A stretch of DNA of 58,483 nt from Anaerolineae bacterium. GTDB lineage: Bacteria; Chloroflexota; Anaerolineae; B4-G1. The notes beneath the pieces were generated by a model, which was not told the origin of the DNA, did no database searches, and saw only the letters and a program-made list of their open reading frames with translations. Below, piece after piece: positions 42,701 to 50,700 of the stretch; the first letter of the stretch is position 1; each line of letters opens with the position of its first letter. The DNA lies in contig DAOUEC010000120.1 of assembly GCA_034430655.1 (NCBI GenBank), forward strand, positions 1-58,483. The letters are read 5' to 3'. The translations under genes were made by a program, and so were the position numbers.

Positions 42701-44011
42701 ATCTGGGTCTAACTGATAATCCCCCGTCATCCACCACATCCAGGGGCAACTATACTCATGTAGACCTAGGATGGCCTCATATTCAAGACCTACCTCGATC
42801 GCTGGCAGGAATGCAGGCCACAGGTCAAAGGGCGGCGTGCCCGTAGCGAAGTTCCCGATGACACACTTGAGCCCTAGCTCGCTCATCAGCTTCATCCGCT
42901 CGATCTCGAATTGCGCGTACCAGCCCATCTCCTCTGGCGTGTTCCAGACCGGCTCGTTGTGGCCCTCCCAATATTCGACGAGCGGGTTGGCCTGATACAT
43001 CTCCAGCATATCATTGACGAACTGCCTCGCTGCTTCGAGCGGCGTCTTGCCGCTGTTCCTATGGAGCCGGGCGTCGTAGGCCCCCGCCCTCGCCCCGATC
43101 ACCAGGACGCCTTCGGGGACATCCTTTGCCATGCCCCAATCGCCAACGAACTTGACGACGGCTGGCCTGGCCTGGATGAACTCCATCAGATGAGAAGCCG
43201 CCCGGAGGACGTGGGCTCCCACCTTTGTGTGGCGTTCGGTCGGTGCCGGGGGTGGAGAGGGAGGCGGTGGCGGAGATGGGGGAGGAAAAGGCGACGGCGA
43301 AGTCACCTCAACCAACTCTGCGGTATCCCAATAGGCATCGTTATGCTTGAACGGCCACATCGCCTTGCTGCGGAGAAATAGCGTCACTGTCTCAGCCTGG
43401 GCCGTCGCTTCCACGGCTGGAACTTCCCGATACCCATTATAGATATGCGCTACTGGGCCCCATTCCACCGTGCCAGCGTACGGATCGGTGCCGCCAGTAG
43501 GGTCTATACCGAGCATAAAGGAGAAATTCCCAATGGCATCATTCCAGGAATCTCCACTGAGCGGTGGGACATCCTCTTCCAGCAGGAACGCTGCACCTCG
43601 TCCCACGCCACACGAGCAGCGAGGGTCGTCCGCGCAGTCTTCATATCCCTCAAGGCGATGGTTGCTCCAGGCATGCGCCCAGGCTGTCAAGCGGAGGTGG
43701 ATGCCTGGTTCAACCTGTACCTGTTGCAGAAATCCCGCATCGTGCTTGCGGTGAAACGTGAACAGCAATATTCCCTTCTCACCGCTCTGGACCCGTTCCG
43801 GATCCCTGCTCTTCCACGCATCTCGCACCTCGGGTTGATCCCACGTGCCTGGTTCGTGACGGAACCAGGTCAACCAGTTGGGTGGCGTGAAGATGTTGCC
43901 CACATCTCTCTCTTGCGGATTTCCATCCGCGGGGAAAACCAGGCAACGATGACTTTTCTCCTCTAACCAATCGGCCTCGAACCCGCTATTCTTCAGCAAG
44001 TTCTTCGACAT
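39734..44011 (-). CDS. 1425-aa multi-domain wall-hydrolase-like protein: CBM-like jelly roll, Pro-rich linker, clan-A GH-like TIM barrel, two copies of (alpha/beta module plus C39-like Cys peptidase), second clan-A GH-like barrel
   Basis: N-terminal NSGFEADW (CBM4/9-like). PPPSPPPPPSPPPAP linker. GHNEPVW and VITECGID; IGNEPNN and FVTELN (acid/nucleophile-like Glu motifs). GQTDPRWADYDFG...YGCFLTGLAIML...GGHFVYLE..HIIDTWDG occurs twice. No signal peptide is evident. Confidence 0.7.
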   Translation of the reverse strand: MSKNLLKNSGFEADWLEEKSHRCLVFPADGNPQERDVGNIFTPPNWLTWFRHEPGTWDQPEVRDAWKSRDPERVQSGEKGILLFTFHRKHDAGFLQQVQVEPGIHLRLTAWAHAWSNHRLEGYEDCADDPRCSCGVGRGAAFLLEEDVPPLSGDSWNDAIGNFSFMLGIDPTGGTDPYAGTVEWGPVAHIYNGYREVPAVEATAQAETVTLFLRSKAMWPFKHNDAYWDTAELVEVTSPSPFPPPSPPPPPSPPPAPTERHTKVGAHVLRAASHLMEFIQARPAVVKFVGDWGMAKDVPEGVLVIGARAGAYDARLHRNSGKTPLEAARQFVNDMLEMYQANPLVEYWEGHNEPVWNTPEEMGWYAQFEIERMKLMSELGLKCVIGNFATGTPPFDLWPAFLPAIEVGLEYEAILGLHEYSCPWMWWMTGDYQLDPDEDQGDEGWTTLRYRKVYRQYLLPNELQVPLVITECGIDPLVNPKPPGAPAATWKGLGEYWKEHDNEPDKADYYFRQLVWYDNELRKDDYVVGMTLFTWGNWGGTWKDFDVAGTAVAERLIQYARGNPAESFEYSEYTGGGSKVLDCVPPREPYRRTYVLLPQIEDTIERLDWRVAAAIGSSEEMRTIGHSADDAGVGPQDREIVAVNPKEWGEDLKAWYDEHYPNAEYRTIETESPWEMATRLLPILGEDIALGQTDPRWADYDFGEHPDKPADEESIGRYGCFLTGLAIMLRKVYQRDVTPPLLDKLLVAARAAYVSDNIMVWGSVLPLFPAFDDSIKDNEQRSARQLEGLLSDGWEIILRRTDGGHFVYLEEVKGDVLHIIDTWDGERKEKAAAEYKGIRAARVRERRPPSGSIKSLSSDAVPDCVPPRKPYRRTYVLLPQIEDTIERLDWRIAAAIGSSEEMQTIGHSADDAGVGPQDREIIAVNPKEWGEDLKAWYDEHYPNAEYRTIETESPWEMATRLRPILGEDIALGQTDPQWADYDFGEDPDANGETIGHYGCFLTGLAIMLRKVYQRDVTPPLLDKLLVAARAAYVSDNIMVWGSAVPLFPAFDDSIKDNKQRSARELGRLLRNGWEIILRRADGGHFVYLEDVKGDNLHIIDTWDGKRYEKAAAQYVGIRAAHIKPQGPPSPLRKILLGLHDRRGGEWMANQRMEGCCLVHRMVQRQPVQIDCRCLRDAGITVICRLNWGYADGTGTLPRPENKDFFVNAVAQTILAARGVEYFHIGNEPNNRQEWPGFGTDDEFALTADYVTEIYNEIWQRVAGRAKIGPPPIDPYFGPSSNNRDWWMHILDNLAGADVLFLHAKTQTNDSAEVRSRDRFTDNPLTWQYLHLKTVETVLAVVPDRFRSVPVFVTELNPQCLEANRGATGWLSDNAEWVHEALGYFREERPVTGVVFYRYEPVGDQASFGLEGKPVVLNAIREEAST
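40652..42268 (-). repeat. Intragenic tandem duplication (period 843 nt; units 41489-42268 and 40652-41425)
   Basis: The DCVPPR(E/K)PYRRTYVLLPQIEDTIERLDW ... GIRAA units are nearly identical in protein and DNA. The off-frame ORFs 41212..41439 and 42055..42336 are near-identical, with their ends exactly 843 nt apart. One 6-nt indel (PDKPADEES versus PDANGET). Confidence 0.85.
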
Positions 44012-44033
44012 TTGACAACTCCTGGTGATAGTC

Positions 44034-44288
44034 CTACTTGGATGAGGTGAGCTTGATTATCTCCCCTGTTTGATCCATAGTGACGCGCACCGCTCGCATC
44101 AGGCATCCCCCGTCCTGTAACGAGATGCTTTTTTGGAAAGTCAAGACGTAGAGGGTCCCGATGCCTTCCCCGCCTTTGCTGTGAGCCTTTTTCGAGGACA
44201 CAGTCGGCTCGGTGCCAGCCATCTCGGGGAACTTTTCGTGCACGATTTCTTTCGCCTTAGAGACATATTGGGGGTCTAGCTCAGGCAA
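44034..44288 (-). CDS. Small hypothetical protein translationally coupled to ftsZ
   Basis: 84 aa from TTG 44288. A GGAGGAG RBS lies 7 nt upstream, inside the ftsZ 3-prime end, and the gene overlaps ftsZ by 8 nt. Alternative start ATG 44222. No family recognised. Confidence 0.45.
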   Translation of the reverse strand: MPELDPQYVSKAKEIVHEKFPEMAGTEPTVSSKKAHSKGGEGIGTLYVLTFQKSISLQDGGCLMRAVRVTMDQTGEIIKLTSSK

Positions 44289-45357
44289 CTCTCAACTCCT
44301 CCAATTCAACTCGCCTATGAGACCGCATAAAAGCAGGCACGGCCAAGTCTTCCCCAAATATCTCTGCCGAAGAAAGGCGCTCTGCCTGTGGCGGGACGGT
44401 CGTCGTCCGCTCCACTCCCACCCCTGTGGCTATCAAAGTGATCCGGGCCCGGCCCTCCATTTTCGGATCGATGACACTGCCGAGAAGGATCTGGGCTTGA
44501 GGCATGGCTGCCTGAGATATGATCTCCATGGCCTGGCTGACCTCTGCCAGAGTGAGGTCGGCTCCTCCCGTGATATTGACCAGGATGTTTTCCATCCTAC
44601 TGGCGGATTCTATGTTGAGAAGTGGATTTCTAAGAGCTGTCCTAGCTGCCTCGATAGCCTTCTCCTCCCCTTCTCCGTGGCCAATTGATATGAGGGCCCC
44701 GCCTGCCCCATTCATAATGGATCTAACGTCTGCAAAGTCAAGATTGATTAAACCAGGCCGTGTGACCAGCTCGGAGATTCCTTGAACTCCCTGGCGAAGC
44801 ACTTCGTCGGCGATGCGGAAAGCGACATCGAGTGAAACCCGCTTATTGACAATTTCGAGCAAGCGATCATTGGGCACGATGATCAGCGTGTCTACTTCTT
44901 CTTTGAGGCGCGTAATCCCCTCTTCAGCAATAGCCAATCGCTTAGTCCCTTCAAAGGAGAAAGGCTTCGTGACCACAGCGATGGTCAGAGCCTTCTCCGC
45001 CCGGGCAATCTGGGCCACAATGGGGGCTGCGCCCGTGCCTGTGCCACCACCCATCCCTGCAGCGATGAATACCATATCAGCCCCGCGCAGGGCTTTGCTA
45101 AGCTGCTCTCGACTTTCGCGGGCGGCTTTAGCTCCCATGGCTGGGTTCCCGCCAGCCCCTAAAGACCTGGTGAGCTTCGCTCCCAGCTGGATCTTGCAAG
45201 GCGCTTCGGAGCGGGCAAGCGCCTGGGTATCACTGTTGGCGGCGATGAAATCAACGCCAGGGATGCCTATTTGAATCATCCGATCGACAGCATTGCTGCC
45301 GGCTCCACCGAGGCCAACCACCTTTATCGTCGCTCCTTTCCAGACCTGTGATTCCAT
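44281..45357 (-). CDS. ftsZ: Cell division GTPase FtsZ (canonical)
   Basis: 358 aa. Contains [17 protein letters not shown], the tubulin signature [22 protein letters not shown] and the conserved C-terminal peptide DLAVPAFMR. Confidence 0.9.
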   Translation of the reverse strand: MESQVWKGATIKVVGLGGAGSNAVDRMIQIGIPGVDFIAANSDTQALARSEAPCKIQLGAKLTRSLGAGGNPAMGAKAARESREQLSKALRGADMVFIAAGMGGGTGTGAAPIVAQIARAEKALTIAVVTKPFSFEGTKRLAIAEEGITRLKEEVDTLIIVPNDRLLEIVNKRVSLDVAFRIADEVLRQGVQGISELVTRPGLINLDFADVRSIMNGAGGALISIGHGEGEEKAIEAARTALRNPLLNIESASRMENILVNITGGADLTLAEVSQAMEIISQAAMPQAQILLGSVIDPKMEGRARITLIATGVGVERTTTVPPQAERLSSAEIFGEDLAVPAFMRSHRRVELEELRVA

Positions 45358-45449
45358 GCTGAAACCTCCCGTCTTAAGAACTGCACGAAGATCGTTGCGT
45401 TCCCAAGGCTCCTTCGTTTCCCCTATCGTAACTACTCACCACGTTCAAG

Positions 45450-45884
45450 TCAAACCCCCAGATGGCTCAGTCTTTCTACTACGATCACTCCCTCTTCAAC
45501 CATCTCAGCCCTAACCTCCTGCCAACGTTGGGGGCTCCATACCTCCAAATGGGTGCACAGGCCAACAACGATGGCCTCATTCTCGATGCCTGCATATTGC
45601 CGCAGATTGTTGGGCAAGGGGATTCGGCCTTGTTGATCTGGGACGCAGCTCAGAGCTCCCGAGAACATGAGGCGGGCGAAAGCCCGAGCATCCCGGCTAG
45701 TGAGAGGCAGGCGACATTGCATTTCCTTTGCAAGCTTTCGCCACTCTTCAGCAGGGTAGATGAACAGGCATCTGTCAATTCCCCGCGTCAAAGTCGATCC
45801 CTCACCGAGTTCAGCACAAAACTCGACGGGAATAGTCAATCTTCCGCTACTATCGGCCACACAACGAAACTCACCTAATAACAT
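45450..45884 (-). CDS. mraZ: Transcriptional regulator MraZ
   Basis: 144 aa. Two SpoVT/AbrB-like halves (DSSGRLTIPVEF and DQQGRIPLPNNLRQYAGI), LFIYPAEEW and LEVWSPQRW. Confidence 0.85.
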   Translation of the reverse strand: MLLGEFRCVADSSGRLTIPVEFCAELGEGSTLTRGIDRCLFIYPAEEWRKLAKEMQCRLPLTSRDARAFARLMFSGALSCVPDQQGRIPLPNNLRQYAGIENEAIVVGLCTHLEVWSPQRWQEVRAEMVEEGVIVVERLSHLGV

Positions 45885-45900
45885 CGTTTCTCGGTCCCAG

Positions 45901-45948
45901 CAGGTAGGCTTGTGAGTAGTTGCCAGGTTTCCTTCATGGGCCTACCTG
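45901..45948 (-). other. Stem-loop in the protease/mraZ spacer
   Basis: A 9-bp perfect inverted repeat, CAGGTAGGC (45901-45909) and GCCTACCTG (45940-45948), with a 30-nt loop. One arm covers the protease stop codon. A weak promoter-like TTGATG-16-TAAGAT (minus strand, 45958-45985) lies just upstream. Confidence 0.35.
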
Positions 45949-47681
45949 GACACAGCCATCTTAAGAATATGGCCTTTTTCATCAACAGTTACCTTGACCA
46001 CTTGACAATGCGCGCCATCACCTCTGACAGGAATATCTTTTTCCAAGGTAAAGGCCCAATTTCCCGAGTATCCCTTAGAAACTTCAACAGCTCCGCAGGC
46101 AAGGGCACATCGGTGGCCACAGTTTCCGTTGCAGAACCTCAGCGGGACTGCGCGCACCCGTGCTTGAGCCATATGCGGCAAGCTGGTCTCCATGCGGCCC
46201 TTGACCAATCTTACCAATTCGTCAGGGACGGGTCCCTTCTGGAGGTTGGCCATTTTCTGGCAGATGATAGGAGGACAGAAAGTTTTACCCGAAACCCCCA
46301 TATCTGATCTACCCTGGAGAGCCATGACTGGGAGGGATGGGTCTCCATAGAGCACAAAACTGATGAGCGTTTTTTGATCTTCACCATCCAAGTAGCCCTG
46401 TCGGTCTTGCATTTCTCTGGCCAGATTTGCCTTGGCATACTGTAGGGCCTCACCTACGGCCAGGTGAGCCTGCAACCCTTCCCAGAAGTACCTGCCAATT
46501 AGATCGGCTCCTAGCAGAGGGGGAGCGATGGCGCCGTAGGAGATCTTGGTCGAACCGACCAGGGCCAACGCTTGGGAGGCCAGGAATTGCAAAGCTATGG
46601 AGTTGCCGGTATGCTTTCCCACGATGTTGGCCCCGTAGCAGGCCTCGGTGAAAACTACCGAGTTGGCGTGTTCATCTACGGTCAAGTCCTGGGGGCGCAG
46701 GGCCACGGGGAAGAGGGGATAATTCGCAGGGAACAAGGAATCTCGCTGGCCGTACCAGTTGGCTCCATCCTCGCTGCCATGGAGATTGAAGTAGCTGAAA
46801 TGCGGACGCTCTGCAATCTTGAACTCTTCATAAGTGAGAGGAGGGGAGATTCTCAGTTGGCGATCGTCGCCGATAACCTGAAACACAGCCCGGGCGGCCT
46901 TTCTCCAAATGCTGGCTGAATATCCCAAGCCGTGTCCATTCCGTTGGTCTCGACTGGCTGGCCAGAACGTTCCGAAGATGGTGCTGAATAACCCTCTAGC
47001 CACGCCTGGCTCTAGATGCCCGGCTACAGCTGTTTGGATGAGGGAGTGTAAGAAACCTATCCCTTCTCCTTCTCCGTCAGGCATTCTCCCTACCGCCCTT
47101 TCCGGGACGAGATAGTTGGCGTCACGCGATGCGTAAGGATTGTCTGAGAGAACATCCGTATCCTGATCGTCAATGGGGTTAGGTAGGCGGTGAAAAGGGA
47201 TGATGGGGTCTCCACCGACGATCAGAATGTACCGGATCTCTTGGCCTTGCTCGTTTAGGCGGGCATCCAGGTTATCTATCAGCATCTTGATCTGCCCAGG
47301 ATTGGTCGGATCCACAGGTTGTAGGCTGTATGGGAGCAGAGAAGGCCTGTCATCTACATAGATGATTATGACCTCCAAGTCAGTTTGGCCTTCAATTGCT
47401 TGCTTGAGATTGCGCAAGTCCTTATCCAGTTGATTGAAGCCAAGTTGTCCATATTTTCTCGTCAAACCATCCTTGTTGGAAATGATCAGATACAGGGGAG
47501 CAGCGTCCCTGACCTCAGCCTCAGGTCGTTGTGTGCTTCCCACTGAGAGCGATTCGATCAGACGATTCAGCTCGGCTTGGGCCTCGTCCACTGCCTTTGC
47601 TGCCTGACTCGCAGTACTTGCTGGCCACCGTCCGCTGCCAGAGACCGAGGAAGGCCAAGGGGACTCGTTGAATTCTGCCAT
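45942..47681 (-). CDS. Clan-CD cysteine protease-like protein (caspase/gingipain C25-type His-Cys dyad) with Cys-rich C-terminal region
   Basis: 579 aa. PHFSYFNLHGSEDG (hydrophobic strand plus HG) and NSVVFTEACYGANI (hydrophobic strand plus AC). ILIVGGDPIIPFHRLPNP...SDNPYA resembles Peptidase_C25. GGGAGG RBS. Confidence 0.65.
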   Translation of the reverse strand: MAEFNESPWPSSVSGSGRWPASTASQAAKAVDEAQAELNRLIESLSVGSTQRPEAEVRDAAPLYLIISNKDGLTRKYGQLGFNQLDKDLRNLKQAIEGQTDLEVIIIYVDDRPSLLPYSLQPVDPTNPGQIKMLIDNLDARLNEQGQEIRYILIVGGDPIIPFHRLPNPIDDQDTDVLSDNPYASRDANYLVPERAVGRMPDGEGEGIGFLHSLIQTAVAGHLEPGVARGLFSTIFGTFWPASRDQRNGHGLGYSASIWRKAARAVFQVIGDDRQLRISPPLTYEEFKIAERPHFSYFNLHGSEDGANWYGQRDSLFPANYPLFPVALRPQDLTVDEHANSVVFTEACYGANIVGKHTGNSIALQFLASQALALVGSTKISYGAIAPPLLGADLIGRYFWEGLQAHLAVGEALQYAKANLAREMQDRQGYLDGEDQKTLISFVLYGDPSLPVMALQGRSDMGVSGKTFCPPIICQKMANLQKGPVPDELVRLVKGRMETSLPHMAQARVRAVPLRFCNGNCGHRCALACGAVEVSKGYSGNWAFTLEKDIPVRGDGAHCQVVKVTVDEKGHILKMAVSR

Positions 47682-47702
47682 TTGCCTGGTGAACCTCCCA
47701 CA

Positions 47703-50700
47703 CTAGATTTTCCGCCGTTGCCAGAGAAAGGACACGGCACTTACTGCTGCCCATTGCTTGTAGGCATTGGCATCATTGGGGCGTAGTTCGATAGCCTTGC
47801 GGAACATCGTCACAGCCTCAGGATACCGTTGCAGTTGCTTGTACATTGCGCCAGCGTTGCAATAGTAATCCGCTGTGTGCGAATCCCGCTTGGTGGCTTC
47901 GAGATAGGCATCCAAGGCCACATCATACTGATCCTGCAATTCGTAGGACTTGCCCAGTTCACAGTAAGCCATGGCATTATCGGGCTGGAGCTTGATCATT
48001 TGCCTGAAGTGGGCTATAGCCTTGTCTAAATGCCCGAGTTGCCGCCACAGCCTGCCTATTTGACCATGCTGGGCTGCCTCGTGGGGCGCTACCGTGATAG
48101 CCTGTTCATAGGCCTGCAGGGCTTCATCGTAGCGCTGCTGGGCCTCATATACGTCACCCAGTTGCCCGTAAGCCTCGGTCATTTGGGGTTGTAATTCGAC
48201 TGCCTTCTCCAGATGCTCGGTGGCCTCCTGATACCGAGCCATCCGCTTGTCAATCACCCCCATCTTGTAGTGATAGAAAGCGTTATTCGGATCCAGGACC
48301 AAGGCTCGCTGGTAGGTCGCCAGAGCTTCGGCCCACCGTTTTTCCCTTTCATAGAGGTCGCCCAGGCGTTCATAGGCTGGGGTATGATCACTCTTCAACG
48401 CGATAGCCTCTTTAAACCTCGCCAGGGCCTCATCAACGTCGCCTAACTCAACGGCCACACTGCCCAGGTTGAGCAAGTAAGCGGGCTCCTCGGGAGCAAG
48501 ATCGATAGCACGCTGATAAATCTCTCGTGCCCTACGATGCTGGCCTTGCCGGACGTAGGCATCGCCCAGCTCTGAATACCATCGGGGATTGTCCACTCGT
48601 AATTGGACAACCTTCTCCAAGAGATCGGCAGCCTGTTTATCGTTCCCCATCTTGGCGTAGGCTGAAGCTGCATTATGCAGATATTCAGGCTCCTCGGGCG
48701 CCAATTCTGCAGCACGCAGATACTGTTCCAGGGCCAAGTGAGGCCGCCCCTGTTCTGCATATATGTCGCCCAAGGTGTTGTGCCATGGGACGACGCCCGA
48801 TTTCAGCCCTACAGCCTGCCCCAAGACGACGCTGGCTTCCTGATTCTGCCCTGCCTCATGCAGCATCAGCCCGAGCACATAGTGATACAACGCTTTTGTA
48901 GGATCCAATTGCCTAGCCTTCTCCAGAGCAGCCATGGCTTTCTCTGCTTGCCCTGCTTGCCTATGACTTAGGGCCAATTCATATTGAGTCTCTGCACAAT
49001 CTGGCTCCAAACTCTCCGCCTTACGCAGCTCCCGGATGCTATCCCGATGTTTCCCCATCAATCGGTAGGCTATCCCCAACGCGCGGTGATGAGAGGCTTC
49101 GTAGGGAGCGGCTTCTATGGCCCTCTCAAGTTGCGCGATGGCTTCTGCATGTTGCCCACTTAAGGCGAGGAGTTCCCCTAGCTCTGCATGGGCCTCGGGC
49201 GACTCCTCTCCCAAGGCCATAGCGCTCCGTATGGCAGCGATGGCTCCATCATAATCCTCCGCCAAGGGGGCCTGCTCGGAGATGCCAGCCTGCCTCAGGG
49301 TCCAAGCCTGCTGTCCGATCTTTCGCCAGATAGTGCCCAACCGCAATTGATAGCGCACCTCATCGGGGCTTAACTCGGCGGCTTCTTTGTATTCGGAACA
49401 TGCTTCCCCGTAATGCCCCTGAGCCTCAAGTGTGGCCGCCAATTGCCAGTGGGCTTCTGCATCTGATGGATCCAAGGCCAGGGCTTTGGCCAGGACGTCT
49501 GCGGCCTCGACGTACCGCTCTAGCCTACACAAGACTGCTCCGCAGGCCCGTCGGTAAAGCGATTCGTCCGGCTTCAGGTCGGCCGCCTGGCGATACTCGG
49601 CCAGAGCGTCCTCCCAGTGCCCCTGGGCCTCGAAGATGGTGCCCAGCGTATAGTGAGCCTCAACATCGGTCGGGTTCAAGGAGATGACCTTTCTCAAGAA
49701 TTGTATCGCCTTGTCATCCTCACCTAATTCGTGGTACAGCAAGCCCATGTCGCGACAATGGATAGCCTCCTCCGGCTCCAAGGAGATCGCTTCCTGGAAC
49801 GCTGCCAGGGCATCGTCGTGAAGCCCCAGTTGCTCGCAGGCCTTTCCCAGCAGGTGCTGAGCCTCCGCATCACCTGGCTCCAAAGCCGTCGCTTCTCGCA
49901 GGACACGGGCAGCCTGCTCATATTGGCCCACATGATACAGCATCAGACCAACCTGACGATGATAAACTGCTTGATTGGGGGCCAAAGACGACGCCTGCCC
50001 GTACTCGGTGAGGGCTTCCTCATAGCGTCCCTGTTCCTCGAATATGACGCCCAGTTGATAGTGAGTCTGGGGCTCCTCTGCATCCAAGGCGATGGCCTTC
50101 GTCAGGACGCGGACCGCTCGATCTCCTTGGCCCAGTTCGTGCAGGGCTTCAGCAAGATGCCGGTGGTAGAGAGACCGATCAGGCGCTAGACTAGCCGCTT
50201 CCTCGTATTCGGTCACGGCCTTGGGATGCCGATCCAATTCGTGATAGGTACGGCCTAGTTCGTAGTGCGTTTGGGCATCGTCGGGCTTCAGGGTCAATGC
50301 CTTCCTGAGAACCTCTATCGCCCGGTCATATTCCCCTAGGTGGCGCAATGTGGCCCCTATGTCGCGATGGTAAGCAACCTCGTGAGGGGCCAGGTCGGCC
50401 GCGCGCTGATACTGGCTGAGGGCTTCTGTCAGCCAACCCTTATCGGCGAACGCCCTGGCTAATTCGCCATGTAAAACCGGGTCGCTGGGATCTAAACTGA
50501 TCGCCTCCTCCAAGGCAGCGATGGCCTCGCCCATCTTCCCCATCTGTCTGAATACCAGACCAATCGCGCACTTGTAGGCAGCCTCTTCTGAGGCCAGCCT
50601 GGCAGCCTCTTCATAATGCTCCAAAGCCTCGGTCAAATTGCCTCGTTGCTGATACGATTGACCCAAGTGATAGTGGGCCTCGGCCCAATTCGGCTGTAGC

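Noticed and set aside
44281-45357. Plasmid or phage tubulin homologue (TubZ/PhuZ-like) rather than FtsZ
   Set aside because: The sequence has the canonical FtsZ N-terminal GTPase motifs, the GGGTGTG signature, the FtsZ C-terminal domain and the conserved C-terminal tail peptide (DLAVPAFMR). It is a genuine FtsZ.
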